A stretch of DNA of 64,000 nt from Chrysomallon squamiferum (GCA_012295275.1 CM022665.1:10044001-10108000); one strand, 5' to 3'. Numbered from the stretch's first letter, positions 14,952 through 29,937 are shown. Made by a program: numbers and translations. Notes: generated by a model not told the origin, from the sequence alone.

Positions 14952-16801
14952 TAACAAGAAAACAACAACAGCAGCAACAGCAATTTGCAGCAGCAGTAGG
15001 AATAAAAAGTAATGAAAGAAAAATATGAATAATGTATTACAATGTAACCCATGATTGTTGTCAAACGAGACAGTAAGGTTCGGTGGTAAATATATCAGCT
15101 CATGTAATTTGATAAGTCTCAATTGTTATGAAGATCTCGTAAATTGTATTCAGATAATTATTAATAGTATAACAGCCGATAACTTCTTCTTCAAGCTTCG
15201 TTGACTCTGCTCTGAGAAAATGATATGGGCAATGTTTTCAACTTTCTAATGATCTGTTCAGAGTTTTTAAAACTAACGTGATATATTATGCAATTTATTC
15301 TAGCTTCTTTATTATTAATTGTGCTGATATGGTATTATCATGATTATTGTCTTCACAATCATCAAGATAATGAGTATTATTTTCGTTATCGTCACCATCA
15401 TCGACATCGTCGTCATCCTCATAATCATCATTATCATAATCATCATCGTCGTCGTCGTCATTATCATGTAAGTATTACAGGCATTACATACAATTATAAT
15501 GAGAAAGAACCAATTAAACTATGGTATTTTTTGTCTTAATAACATTTAATTATTTTTAAGCATTTGTATTAATAGTTAGCTATAAAACAAATAAGAGAAG
15601 GTGATCATAATCGGAAAAACACGTTCCAACAAACGTTTTATAAGCATGGGATTTAAAAACATTATTAACCACATATTATATATTTTTCGAAATGTAGGTA
15701 TTAATTTAGTGTAAAAAAAATGTCATAGAAATATCCTGTCCGCATTTCTTTTATATATATATATGTATATGTATATAAAGAAAAGCAAACAGAGACACAC
15801 ACACCGACGCAGATCAGATCTCTAAAGAATGGTAACAACAGTCTGGCAAATATTTACTTACGTAATATGTTTACATATATCGACACTTTTAAGTGAATGT
15901 TAAGGACGAGACAACTGTTCCAGACCCAATAAAGGACTATGACATAAGTGTTTAAACCTTTCGTATTGGTCATAAATACTCTGTCGTATTGTAATACAGA
16001 AATAGGAAAAGCTATAGGATCTGTATATACAGAGACCCTTCGACAAACACCATTACACACATGCCCTAAAACCTAGTAAATATATAATGAGCATAAAATG
16101 ATTTTACATATATTAAAAATAATAATAAATAAATAAATAGACAATAATACAGAACGTCGGTTATAGTATTTCACAAAGCAGGTAAATAACAAGCTCATTT
16201 TATGCATAACCATAAAAAAAATCTAACTAACTACAATTTAGGAAGTATATTATGTAGCAAGAACATGCGGTTAACAACAACAAATTTTTGGTTTTTTTTA
16301 CAACGAAATAAAAAACTAATAATAATAACCATTAAAAAAAACATTAAAAAAACATTCAAACTTATGTCAAGTACAAGATTATATAGAGGATATATATTAC
16401 AAGAATACATGCATAGTAACATTAAGCTGATACTTTATAATGTGCTCTTTATATATGAGCCACATAGAAATAGGCCACTTATTATTCTTTTCATTCTTTC
16501 TTGATTCCTTTATTTCTTTCCTTATTAATTATTATTATTATTATTATTACTATTATTATTTTATTTTTATTTTTATATTCTTTAATTTTTTAACAGTTTT
16601 TTAAACTAATTTATACAGAAGTGACTATTCATAATAAAAAAGCAACATCAAAATATTCATCTTATATACATATATATATATAAGTATACACACACACAAC
16701 AGAGCTATGACACATATAACTGAAATAATAATAATAATAATAACTTGAATTCGTACATAATAAACAAATCAATCTGTCAGTCAATAAATAAATAAATATT
16801 A

Positions 16802-16832
<31 letters not shown>

Positions 16833-16948
16833 TTATTTATTATTATTATTATTATTATTTAGATCACCACTATATCAAATACAATCATTAAATAAAATGA
16901 CAGAATGTAATAAATACTTACTTCATCCAGTAATTCGGAATCACTCAT
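393..16948 (-). CDS. Unidentified multi-exon protein-coding gene, 3'-partial (continues past the left edge); coding exons 16948-16922, 10496-10287, 3704-3515, 2088-1992, 474-393; weak PTB-like motifs
   Basis: All five exons have canonical AG/GT boundaries and compatible phases (0,0,1,2,0). They splice into one stop-free frame: MSDSELLDE|NGNNVMSQEEAKELPKSRRWSLDSIVPKFFKKTDLGSGSEVGKEVKKYYNNVTFEEIYAVLYLGEDKHKV|LCAKQVRLNQVIAFTTQVFQCQTYRMIVSSVKSADESP...IAFKDK|DPSLLFEDDFFEPEQEYCENLKSDITNYWGPFK|KIASLNIDDNDLLTKPTLPPSDMINTK. Family not recognised. Confidence 0.75.
545..695 (-). mobile_element. SINE fragment of the same family as 29350-29465
   Basis: Internal similarity to ~29398-29440 in opposite orientation. 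Confidence 0.45.
1992..2088 (-). CDS. Coding exon of left gene (PSLLFEDDFFEPEQEYCENLKSDITNYWGPF)
   Basis: 97 nt; acceptor TTTTTAG|A, donor AA|GTAAGT; phase 1 in, phase 2 out, matching both neighbours. Confidence 0.8.
3515..3704 (-). CDS. Coding exon of left gene (LCAKQVRLNQ...IAFKDK)
   Basis: 190 nt inside ORF 3486-3704; acceptor TTTTTAG|TTG, donor AAG|GTAAGA. Confidence 0.8.
10287..10496 (-). CDS. Coding exon of left gene (NGNNVMSQEE...GEDKHKV)
   Basis: 210 nt overlapping ORF 10266-10484; acceptor TCACAG|AAT, donor GTG|GTAAGT; phase 0/0. Confidence 0.8.
12169..12669. mobile_element. Non-autonomous hAT-like DNA transposon (MITE), ~500 bp
   Basis: Terminal inverted repeats TAGGGGCGTAGCTAA ... 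TTAGCTACGCCACTG (13/15 complementary); flanking 8-bp direct repeat ACTCTGCT / ACACTGCT (7/8); 8-bp TSDs are typical of hAT. Confidence 0.7.
14900..14955. repeat. (AAT)n microsatellite; others at ~10517, 22487, 22710, 24228, 36740, 46495 and 55942
   Basis: Direct. Confidence 0.9.
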
Positions 16949-17004
16949 TTTCACCAACACATTAAATCCCTCACGACGTACTACACAAACATCTATGTCG
17001 TAAC
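16922..17004 (-). CDS. Exon carrying the probable start codon (ATG at 16948; MSDSELLDE) of the left gene
   Basis: Acceptor TTTCAG|G at 17005, AAAATGA start context, donor GAA|GTAAGT in phase 0 compatible with the 10496 exon. Confidence 0.6.
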
Positions 17005-20000
17005 CTGAAATATTAGTATAAACGACAAACGTGGCTCCTAGAACTTAACCAAAAAGAAATCTCTTGATGGAACAGAATAGAAACTTCCTTTTAAAATCAT
17101 TTGAGGAAATTTATAATCTATTTTCTATCCTACGTTTCTTTTTTCTGTTCTTTTTTTTTTTTTTTTTTTTTTTTGTAAGCAAAAAAAAAAAAAAATTCTG
17201 AACTTCAAGTCAACCTGTTAGGACTACAGCCGAGAACATTAGCGGAACAAGGGGGTTGGATTTATTTACAAAAGTGTCTTCTCGCTTCGCTGATTTCTCT
17301 AAATTACAGACGATCTGAGGGAAGCACGAACGCTACAAAAGCTAATTTTTTTATGCACAGGCAAATGCAAACATGGTTAGCCTATATGCAAAATATGAAG
17401 CGGACTAGCACATAGGTAAAAAATTAGATTTTTCTAATTTAAAACTGACAAATTTTAAATATTCATTACGGATATTTTTTTTCTTTCCTTTATTATATTT
17501 CTTTATATATATTTTTGGTTTGTTTGTAGTTTTGGGGGAGAATTTTCGGGGATTTTCTATCCCATTTATCTATATTAATTTTTGACTTTTTATTTATTTA
17601 TTTATCATGTATTTTTATTTCTTCTTCTGCTTTTTATTAATTATACATATTTAGTTTATGGTGTGCTATTTTACAGTTAAAAAACACTTGAATATGACAA
17701 AGAAACATAAAATCTACAAAATGTTATCTATATCAATAAAAATTCCATTACTAAATAAACAAATACGTTAATGTCCCATAATAAACTTGTAATGACAGAT
17801 GCCCATAAATAAAATTATTTGTAAACCAAACGATTTTAAACGTCCAAGAAGCATTTACCCTGTAGCAGCACATCACAGGTTATTTAAACAGATATATATT
17901 GTACATTATACAGCTATAATAGAGAAACTTCAGTAAATAAATAAAAATCATTTATGTGTGCATGAATAATGAAACTATTTAGAAATAAAATAGGAATTAA
18001 ATATATTTTGCAGGTGATATTTATACAGAATTTCAGTTTAAAGTATTTCTAACCTAATATAATTCCACCCTTTATTTGTTTGTAAATTATATGTTTGGCT
18101 CTTCATGCATCAGTGAATCTTTTACAAGATAATATGTGTGTGTGATATATACTCGAAGTGTACAGATTCTAGTCACAATAGTAATATTTCTAAATAAATT
18201 ATATTAATTTTGATTTTAATTTTAAAATTTAATTTTAAAGTTTATGTTTCATTTTTTGTTAATTTTAATTATATAACATCGCAATGTATATTATATTATA
18301 TTACATTATACTATATTATATATATTACTTATTAATTATCTTTTTAATTTAATATTTAAGAAGGAATTAAAACTCACAGAATTTGTTATTTGATATTTGC
18401 ATATCTTTAACCAAGTAGAATAATTTTGATTATTTCTAACATAAAATCTTTACTCGTTGTGTATGTATATGTATATTTATGAGTGTGTGTGTTTGAATTT
18501 GCAGTTAATATATTTAAATGAATTTAGAAATTGTACTTAAGCCACGTCCCAACTATCCGACAAGTCGATACTATTTAATTCGTGCTGTTAGAACAGTTGC
18601 ATTAAAACAACTATAAAAAAAAAAAATGTTTAAATCTTGATAGTGTTTAATCGATTAGACTAACTGTTCTATTTGTTTGATAAAACGTAAGTTATTAAAC
18701 AAAAAAAAAAAAAAAAAAAAAAAAAACAGAAGATGTCTAAATAATTCACGCCAGAAAATGTTATTTCATATTATCTGAAGCTTTTGGGGACTTTTTAAAA
18801 AGTACTGCTAAAACATAAAAACAAGATAATTCGATTTTGACGTCAGTTTAATTTTATTTTCGTAATAACACAATGAATAACCAAATATGTTTGCAATACA
18901 TCTAATTTTTAATGTAAATACTGTCACGTTTTGTTAAAAAAAACATTTTAGTCATCGTAATAAAAAATTAAGATAATAATAATAATAATAAAATGTCCGT
19001 CGATATGCAAATGGAGCGTTTAACAGGCCTATTCAAATGTTGTTCGACATATAGAAATAACCTGTGGCTTCGTAAGAATTTCGAAAAAGAATTATCACTA
19101 TTATACAGGTTTGATATCTTTCAAGTTTTCATGTCAGTAAAAACATAATTCTTCTTTTTAAATTTACATTTAATACCTTGTATTTAACTGTGCAAAGAAA
19201 TAAATATTATAATCTATAAGACATAAAGCACAAACAAAGTAATTCGTGACGACCATTTACATAGAAATTTATTTTGTAGCTGGAAATATTTTTAATGTTA
19301 GACACACACACACACACACATTAAGAAAAAAAAAATTATTGCAGTTCTCATTTCAGAGATACCTATATATCCAGGTTATACCTTTATATCGTATACAGTT
19401 CAAACAAAACTGTAATTGCATTTAAATAAAAAAGTGACTTTTTACGAATATGGATATATTACACTTGAAGATTATCCAAATACCGTTCTAAAATTAAAAT
19501 ACATACTGAAGTTGGAAATTTTACGAAAAATATACTGTACTGATTAAGGATAAAGAGTTTAATTACAAACGACAGACAACAAAACTTTATAATCATTGCA
19601 TTTTACAGAAGTCATCTATTTAAAAAAATGCATATATCCAACGTAAATTCAAATTTCCATAACAGTGGCATTTGGACCGCGTATCCAAGATTGTAGCGTC
19701 AAATATTAATTAGATTTAGTGATCTAACATTTCCTTTTATAGCTTTGTGTAAGAGTCTAAATGCGATCTAAGTATCTATCAGTCATAAAGCCGAAAGCTT
19801 AAAACTGCAGCAGTGTGACGGTATCTTACGAAAAGAGCTAAAAATAATGCTAGATTAGGCGTAACTTTTCGGAAATAATGGGTGTTAAGTGCAATTACAT
19901 ACATAGTACATTACATGTCAACACATGGTATTGGATTCTGATAACAGAAAAGTATGTAAGGATTTCGACATTTCCGAGAAATTAATGATCAAAATGTATA

Positions 20001-20298
20001 TTGAGTGACAGTTAAATCCTGAAACCGAGTTGAAAGGCAAGTTACGATATTTCAAGTACTTGTTTGCTTTTCGATCACACTTAATAAAATGAAGCGCCGG
20101 CGATCAAGCAGCTTTATATTCGAAATATCAAGAGGCTGTTAGTTAACATGATACATTTATTGTGACAGGTGTGTGCTAGAAGGTTAGATTATCCGACGAT
20201 AAAACGATTACGCTGCTTTTTGGTCTCACTAATAAACTTCTGTTTTTGAAAATAACGGCAGCAGCAATTATTCTTCCACAAAGGAAACATAATTTTAC

Positions 20299-20333
<35 letters not shown>

Positions 20334-22483
20334 AGTCAATACATCATCACTAAATGGGACGTCACGTAGAGCCAGGTGAAACCAAATTGATTTATATGTA
20401 ACAATGTCTGTAGGAATTATCGTCATAGTTCGTAATGTGTCAAAAAGTAAAGCTTGGTCAACAGGTACGTTTCATAACATAGGGGCCTGTACATGATTCG
20501 TTGAAACCAAATTTAGTAACTAAAAACTATAGGCGTAAAGATTCATTTCAGTGTGGGCATTTTCAGCTTATTTACAATACAGGTTCGCAAATACAATGTT
20601 TTAGAAACAAAGATAAATTTTTATATCAGATTTAATACATTTAATGAAAATGAATTGATTTTCATCAACTGAGAATAACATTTTTATTTACATTTATTTG
20701 CGATATAATTTTCTATTTGATAAGCTATACAAAACAAATTTAGCTAATTCGAAACATTCTTACTTATATTCGAACAAATGTAATAAATATGTTCTGTTAG
20801 TTTATCGACCGCGAGAAAACACTCCAAGCAAACAAACAAAAATAAATAAATAAATAAACATAAAATTAAATAAATCCCTAATAAATTGAAGTATTTCTGG
20901 GTTTTCTTTTTTCTTTTTTCTTTTCTTTATTTATTTCTTCAAATTAGAATTGTTATTATTATTTATTTTATTTTAATTAATTATTTTATTTATTTATTTA
21001 TTTATTTATTTTTAGGTTCAGTTTAGTTTTTAGTATTTACATTTTTTTATCGTTATTTAATACGATACACATTTTATCAACAAAGGTTGATGTTAAATAA
21101 CAAACAAAATAATTTCTTGGCAGTAACAGAATGTGTTTAGAATAATTTGTTCCCACTGTCAAATGTACACTTTAATGTGTGACTATCAAACACAATGATT
21201 AGGATTTGAACTATTTTCCTTCATAACTTTTGTACTTTCACTGAAATCTTTAAATGTGAAACATAATATGAAAATCATAAAATAAGAACATATTTATAAT
21301 AATAATAACAACAACTCAACAATAGCAATAATAATAATAAATAAAATAGTTTGATTATCACTTTTGATTATCTAACAGAAGTAATGAACTTATTCGGTAA
21401 CAAAAAACTAAAAACAAAAACCACAAATTTTGTCTACTGATTTGTTATCTGTGGTAACAGTGCAAATCCCATCAAAATTCATAATAGATATTTAATAGAT
21501 TTATGACCGTAAAAATTTCTCACCTCCCAGTTCTTTTGTATTAAAGCATTCTGCCCCGAAGTCGGTGATTTTTCCTCATTTTGACAACATTATAACAGCA
21601 TACTTTTCCTTCCTTAAAAAAACCCCCAAAAAACGAAATCGAATTTCAAATGACAAAAAAGTGAAATTTCATCTTTATATATATTTGTTAAACAAAATAT
21701 CAAACATTTCATAAACAACCACGATCATATTCGTAAAATGTTTCTGCAGTCATCCATTGACAACTTGAAATAGGTTCATTAGATTTTTGTTTCAAGTGAC
21801 TTGTTATGTATATCTAATGGTTCCCAGACGAAGACATAATACACTTCATTGAACAGCTGCTTAAAGACATATACATGAACGTTACATGTCGGTTATGCAA
21901 AAAGTCTAGACTGTATGGATAGGTTAACTCTGTAAGTGATGCAATGTAGATCAGAGTTATGAACATAGGGTAAAATCTATGACTGACTTAGGAGATCTCT
22001 GATGATGCGTATTGGCAGATACAGTTAATTTTAACGTCGACTGGACGGAGATTAAACGAGATTAAACTAATCTGATCATATTAATCAGCGTGGCGCTACG
22101 ACAATTCGCAAGAATTAAGATCCAAGATTTTGTGATCTCTAGCTTAGATTCATAGATTATAATACATTTCTGAAATGGGGGGGGGAATAACACTTTTAAA
22201 AACTGTCTTTATTCTACTAAAAATTATTTAATCGATTTGAATTTGAATAAAATTTTAAATATAGTTTGTTTCTTACATCAGATCTTTGTTAAATGATAAA
22301 ATTAGGTTCTTACAAAAATGGCATATTATAGAAATTGTCGTAAATTTCAGTTAAACCAATTTATTACAAAAATACATTTATTAAAAATGTATGATCATGT
22401 TTTGTAATAAATTGAAATTTATTTACTTATCTAATTTATTATCAGTAATTTACTTCTTGCAACTTATTCAAAATACACAGATG

Positions 22484-22535
<52 letters not shown>

Positions 22536-22699
22536 CTTTATTAAACATAACCGATAAAGACAGTTTATAATAAAAAGGAACATTACAAGAATTTCAATAA
22601 ATCGAAGTTTTCGCTACAAAACTTGTAAAAACGTAAGTCTCATAGATTATATCAATGTTGTTCCGCACTGAAAAAACCGTAAATGTTTGTTTATTTATT

Positions 22700-22732
<33 letters not shown>

Positions 22733-23304
22733 GTTATTGTTATTGTTATTGTTGTTGTTATTATTGTTATTATTAGTTTTTATTATTATTGTTATTGTTA
22801 TTATTATTGTTATTATTATAATTATTATTTTATTATTCAACCTTTATTACAAAACGATAACCTTCAAGGGTACGTGCACTTGTACTTTGTATGCTTTAAC
22901 ATATTTCAGTCAAACAGTGATGGGAGAGGCAAGCTGATTGTGTGAACAGATTAAAAACGTCAAGCGTAAAATTAAAGGAATTCGGATAAATTTATTGGAA
23001 ATGAAATGTAAACATTCGTGTAGTCCTTCCATTTAATTTTTCTTATTGTTGCTGTTAAGTAACAGGAAACCGCAAATGTTTCTATGCCTTGTTAAAGAGC
23101 TAGTAATAATAACACTTCAACTCCTGTTCATATTATTTGTGTTAGCAGTTTCTCTGTATATGACTAGGTGCGTATGTGTAAGTTTACAGCCACCGTTTCA
23201 GAATGTGTATATATATATATGTATATACGTAATTTAGTACATATTTGTTTAGCACCGTTAATAATATGTCTGTTTGGTATCAAATACGTATGGTTATATA
23301 TGAA

Positions 23305-23457
<153 letters not shown>

Positions 23458-24227
23458 AAGTAAACAGAGCTTAAAGGTGTATGTGTAACACTATTATAGG
23501 TATACCTTAGTTTACACAGTAGACGATTTTGTGTGATTACGTGCGAATGTATAACTGCTATCTACTGTTATCACTTACTACAGATATCTTTGATTTTGAA
23601 TTGGGACACTAAAATAAACTTTGAAAATCAGATAAACACTTTACAGAGGGGATAGGACGGCTAAATGTTGTTAACCAAAATTGTGTATGTGTGTGTTTAT
23701 GTGTGTATATGTTTGTGTGCATATATATTTGTTGTGTGTGTGTCTCTGTCATTCTTGCTTTCTCAGTATGCAGTTGGTGTGCCCCTCTTTGTGATTGTGT
23801 ATTTCAGTAAATTAGTGAAACCAGTGATTGCATGAAAACCCTCAAAGCATAGTATTCACTACTTGATGGACATCACGAATTACTGAAGAATCCATTAAAA
23901 ATACTAAAACAAACTTGTTCTAATGAAAGAAAACAGAAAATGGCTTCGTCATCAATATACTTAAACAGTTTCACTTTAAAACAAAGTGATGCCAACAAAG
24001 CCTTTCTTATCTGACTTGTTTGCTTACCATAAATAAAACCGAAGAAAATTTTTTATAGACATTTGTTTCATCAATATTTACTACAGATTATTCGATTACA
24101 TATACATTTTTTCCCCTGTTGTTACTGGTTTTTTGTTTTGATATTAAAACGATGATGATAATCAGAAATGCATTTTCAAAAGCTGCATTAATTTTCATAA
24201 TCAAAAGAGAAAACAACAAAGTAAACC

Positions 24228-24272
<45 letters not shown>

Positions 24273-24771
24273 TTAAAATAAAGTAAAATCCCTTAAATGA
24301 AATACCAGCTTATTATTTTATTTGAAAACTTAAATCTTTTTATCAACCAGTACAAATATAAATATGTTGTTTTAACTTATCTGTCATCTTGCCTAAATCC
24401 ACTTGAACTAAATTTCACTGTCATCATTATATGTTTACATATACACATGCTTCTCTCCAAAGATAAAATATAGTCGTTATAAGAGACTGAAGTGTTAATA
24501 TCATATCTGTTATATCAAGACTATTCTAGGTACTACTGCTGAAAAAGTCAGCTTATCGTTATTAGTTACAAATCTCGTCCTGTATGTCTCTGTGTACGTG
24601 TATGTGAAAGTGTTTATATATATATATGTTAATTTTATTTATTTGTAACGTTTCCAAAATTTATTAACCGATACATTTCTTAGAATAAAAGTAAATAAGA
24701 TAATAAATTATATTTAGTGCCTGATATTTTATATTAACCATGTTTTTTGTTGATGCTGTTTTATATTATGT

Positions 24772-24812
<41 letters not shown>

Positions 24813-25699
24813 TTAGAACATTTTGTTTCCAGTTTAACATCTTTATTTTGCTGAACATATTTTTAGCAGTACTGAATGATAGTTAAAGCTGTGAGATGTA
24901 TGTTCATCTCATTGAGAAAATATTACATTCCCAAACACAAAACATTTTCCTTCAATTGATACAACAGGCAGCTTGCTATACAAAGTGTTTCTATTTTCGT
25001 ATTAACTTAAAATAAACAGTACTAGGTAATGAGTTTTTAATGTCAGACTTGTAACTTTCTGAGGGTATTTACTGGAAGAAATGTTGACCTGTTTCTATTT
25101 TCGTTCTTCTTATAATAAACCATACTAGGGAATAAATTATTTGTGAAAATTACACGAACTATATTTTTTAGTTCCTATGGAGAAAAAGTTCACATCCCCA
25201 AATAGTTTAACATTTTAAAGTAGATTGGTGTGGAGCCATTGGTTCAGAATTGTGGCGGATATGTATTTCAAGATAATTTGAATTTCATAATAAAGCCAAA
25301 AACAAAATCGTCTGTGATTTCTGAATTTGCGTTCGATATTGGACGGGAAGAAAACTTGCAACTACGTTTTTAAGGACCCTACAAATGACGTTTTAGAATA
25401 TTCAATGTTTTCATTTGGTACTTTGTGTTATATAAAAATTTTCGGTTCCGCTATTCTGAAGAATGTGCCGGTCAATTAAATCGATCTGATATTAGAACTT
25501 AGTTTGTTTGTGTTATGTTTCTATAGTTTTTTATTCAACAGATATTTGTTTAGGTACTGTTATGTATGATCTATATAAACTGCGTGCGAAAATTACAAGT
25601 ATCTGAATCCAGAGGTCCGATGGGTTGATTTTTTTCTTAAAAGGAAACTCATTTCAACTTAAAAAAATCAGGAACAGACTAAATAATTATTACGCTGTT

Positions 25700-25739
<40 letters not shown>

Positions 25740-26727
25740 TTATTGTGTATGTGTATTCGTATACGATATTGTGTATGTGTGTATTTGTGTACGTTATACA
25801 CACCTGCCATAAAAACAGTATATAAATAAATTAACAATAAAACCGCTGAGGCCAAACTGAATAGTAAAATGGACTGAGCGTCAAACAAAAAAAAAAAAAA
25901 AATAAGTAAAAAAAAAAAAAAAAAAATTAAATATTGTTAGAAAGAGAACAGATAGATATATAGATAGATAAACAGACTGATGTATAGAGAGACAGATATA
26001 TAGATAGATGGTTGATATAGAGACATACAGAGAGATTATCAGATAGATGCACATCGACTGAGAGACAGACAAGCAGTCAGATAAACCACTATAGTAAAGT
26101 ATAAAAAAACAGATCGATCGACCGATAGAAAGATACGCATACATATTTAGAAAAAAAGAGAAGAAAGACAAACATACTGACTAGTTTTACAAAGTTTGCA
26201 TGTGCTTTACATTGCTGTCGGTCATACCTCTTTTGTTATCATGTTCACAGTCTTAATGTTATAAAAGATATAAACAGTGTCGAAATTGTTTTTTTCTTAT
26301 AAATTATCACTATGTCCCGATTCAAGCACCCATCTCAATCTCATCACCCTTGCAAGTTTTGACATTGTGGTGAATTTGAAATTAATAAAGTATATTTGCC
26401 TCTAATGGAACTTTACAACCAACTAGCTTTGCTATTTTGATAACTATAATACTTAACAATGCTAATCTCAGTGGCCGGCTACTTTGATCATTAAGTCAAA
26501 AAAGTCAAAACCACCGACAACACTTCTGATAACCATTATTACTACTGACAGCAACAATAAATTCATATTTCTACTATTACTAAATCTACTATTACTACTA
26601 CTACTATCATCAGTACTGACCCAATACTAACTGTAACCAAAACAGTATCAACGAGAACAACAACAACAATAACATCAATAAATAACAACTATTCCCAACA
26701 TAAAGAATAAAATTTCATTGTACTTAC

Positions 26728-27120
26728 CTTCGTAATGACGTCTAAATTCAAAGTCTTTCAAATACTATGTCTGTTATTAAAATAAAACATCTAAATCATG
26801 ATTGTTGTTATTGTGCTATTTTATAACTCTCATTCCAATAAATTCTGTATTTCCGTTTGTTTTGTCAGCCAGAAAATAATAATATCCCTGGAAAATAGAA
26901 AACAGAAAACAGAAAACGAACAAGTAGTTAAAATGGTAACGGGAGACTGGTAAGAAAACCAGAACGCGCAAAGTTTCACTTGTCGTCTGCTTGTTATCAG
27001 CGATGGCGTAGAGCTGTCAGTTAAACTGGGGCGATAACTGCAGGCAGACGAGAACAGCAGTGGCGTTGTGTGTGACACTAACCTAGTAATCGGTTTGATT
27101 GACAGTGCAATCAACAATAA
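26728..27120 (-). promoter_or_regulatory. Probable distal first (5'UTR) exon and promoter of the left gene
   Basis: Consensus donor AAG|GTAAGT at 26727 followed by a locally GC/CpG-richer block (26830-27120); upstream boundary not determinable. Confidence 0.35.
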
Positions 27121-28785
27121 CCACTAAAGATGATTGTCTGATTCATTTGAAAGATGTTCTCTTCGTTCAATAAGAGAACCTTTTCTTCTTTTTCTTCTTC
27201 TTTTTTTTTCTTCTCTTTTTCCGGGGGCTAAATGTTTTCATTGACTATTCAGAAAGTTACTTCCCCATAAAGTAATGTGACACATATCGGGTATTCATTC
27301 TGTCCATCGTTTTTGTTTATTATTATTTTTTCCTTTCTTCTTCTTCTTTTTTTTTTTTTCATTTACTCTGGGGAGTATGGGGCGTGTCCAACTTATTTTT
27401 CTTTTAATAAGAATTTTTAAAAGTTTATGAAAAAAATTGGAGCGAATTAAATATGTAATTTGTAGTTTACAGTTAAATATAACACATAATAATAGCAACA
27501 ACAACGACGACGACAACAACATCAACGGCAACAACAACAACAACAACAATAATAATATTAATAATAATATGAAATTGTTTCTTAAACAAAACAATATTTT
27601 TGATATATGCGTATTTGATTTACCATTTGTCACTCTGTACTCATTAGTCTAAATTTACAACCAGAAAACAATCGATACACTTCAATGTAAAAAAAAACAT
27701 TTCACATTCCGTCTCACTGAGTGTCAGGAAAGAAGATCCGTGTCACATAGGAAACGTATTAATGTGGTGTTCAGTACAAGCCACATATAGTAATTTACTT
27801 GTTTAACAAATTCCTGAGACCACGCCTCGGTGATTTTCAATATGACCTAATCTACCTGTTCGTAACCCTTTCAGCTGCAATCATAATACGTCTTACAACG
27901 TCGGATAATTGTCACAAGTAGATATTGTAAACTGATAGATGTGAACATTATTAAATCTACAGTCTATTAAAACTGTGGTTAACTGGCCATAAAAAAAGCT
28001 TGTACTTGTAAAAATTAAATTACATTATTTTATGTGACGCTATATGTGATTTGTTTGTTAAAGTGTGCCTGTGGTAGTGTGAAGAAATAGCCTCAGAACT
28101 TTCAAATGTTTGTTGTTTTTTTTGTTTTTGTTTTTTTTTGCTCAACACCAATGTTTTCTAACAATAAAGTTTTAAATAAAAAGCTTCTGAGGATGATGAT
28201 GGCTGGCATCTTACTCTTTTACGTTTTCGTATATACAGAAACGTTTATAATAAATAAATATAACAAAATTAAAACAAACTATTGCATTTAAAGATTGAGA
28301 ATATATTACATTTAACATCATTTAATGTGTATGAAATGACATGGTAATAAAAATGGGAATACATCACTCCACATAATCTTGTTATTTTATTCACATACTA
28401 TATTATTAGCATCGGTTGATATGAAAATAAATTTTCAAAGACTCATATCTTTCTGAACAAAAGATATTTAAGCTATTTGTTGCTCTGCCTGAGACAAATT
28501 ATAATATTATAATTAGTAAAATGGTATATATGCATGTACGTTTGTGCGAGACATATTCTCATTCTTTACATTTTAAATCTGTGACCAAACAAGAGAACAA
28601 AAGAAAGCAGTAACTTTGCTATATAATGTTAACATTTTCATTACACGTGATTTTATGTAATTTATTCATTAGAGAGCGTTTTATTTTAATGCTGGCATTT
28701 TCAGATATTCGTGCAGTGATGTAAATATGAATACATTAGGGAAATGCATAATATTATTCAAATAAAGCAGTTGTTTGCTATTCTT

Positions 28786-28817
<32 letters not shown>

Positions 28818-29349
28818 CTTTTATATTTCATTAATTCTTTTTTCTTTCTCTGTTTGTTTGGGGGTTTTAGGTGGGTTTTTTTTCGTATGTTGTTATTATT
28901 AGTGACGACTAATGAATGATACTCAGGATTTGTTCCCCACAGTATAACATCTTTGCTAATCAGTAACTGATAATAACACTACTGTTATCTGACTAGTCCT
29001 CAACTACATAACTGTAAATTTAAAAATGTGCTGTGACGTGGTAAATAAAATTATTGTTCCTTTATCATAGTCATCATCGTTATTATTGGCATCATAATCA
29101 TCATTATTATTAGCATGATCGTCATTATAATCGTTATCATCGTCATTATTATTATTATTACTATTCAGTTGCTCAAATTTTTATTTTCATATAGTATCTG
29201 ACTATATAATGTTTCATAAATACTGAAAATAAATGAAGACATAATCTTACTAAAATGATGATGGAATGTATAGATTTAAAACAAGATATTTATAGGATAT
29301 CAGTCTCTAATTCCATTTCAGTTCTACGATTTATTTAAAATTGATGATA

Positions 29350-29465
29350 TGTTTAAGAAATGTCGTGACATACACCTTTCTGTCTATGAGAAGGTGAATA
29401 TAAAAGTTCCCTTGTTGCAAATCGAAAAAGAGTAGCCCATAGCGGGGCGGCAGAGGAATTACCTT
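29350..29465 (+). mobile_element. SINE central fragment
   Basis: ATATAAAAGTTCCCTTGTTGCAAATCGAAAAAGAGTAGCCCAT matches the reverse complement of 635-680 (ATATAAAGGATCCCTTGCTTCTAATCAGTACAAATAGCCCAT). Confidence 0.5.
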
Positions 29466-29504
29466 AACAATAAATAAATAAATAAATAATAATAATATGA
29501 TGAT

Positions 29505-29583
29505 GAAGAAGAAGAAGAAGAAGAAGAAGAAGAAGAAGAAGAAGAAGAAGAAGAAGAAGAAGAAGAAGAAGAAGAAGAAGAAA
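29505..29583. repeat. (AAG)n microsatellite
   Basis: Direct. Confidence 0.95.
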
Positions 29584-29857
29584 ATAAATAAATAAATCAC
29601 GAAACTTCCTTTAAATAAATAAATTATATTTTTCTTCTCCTTTTATTGTTGGTAAAAAATATTAATGTAGTTACAATGAACTTATTTTTTGATATTTCAT
29701 TCCCATGTATCTATTCTACCGAGGATGGTAACTACAGTTATTATCTTTTTTTCTTTTAAGTATATCTGATAAGTGTTTCTGATGTTATACTAACTATTGT
29801 ATTCCAGTAATAATGCCTGTATTAATATTATTTATTCCCTATATGCTTCTTTTATAT

Positions 29858-29859
<2 letters not shown>

Positions 29860-29934
<75 letters not shown>
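29860..29934. repeat. (AG)n microsatellite
   Basis: Direct. Confidence 0.95.

Positions 29935-29937
<3 letters not shown>

Noticed and set aside
14785-15539. Poly-N/I/L/Y/Q and His-rich ORFs
   Set aside because: Translations of (AAT)n and (CAT)n microsatellites, open in several frames on both strands
16922-17004. 83-nt exon starting GTTAC, the same length and start as TLCD exon 3; considered as a third TLCD remnant
   Set aside because: Its peptide lacks the D-x-x-DM and HH motifs, and it fits the left gene; most likely coincidence
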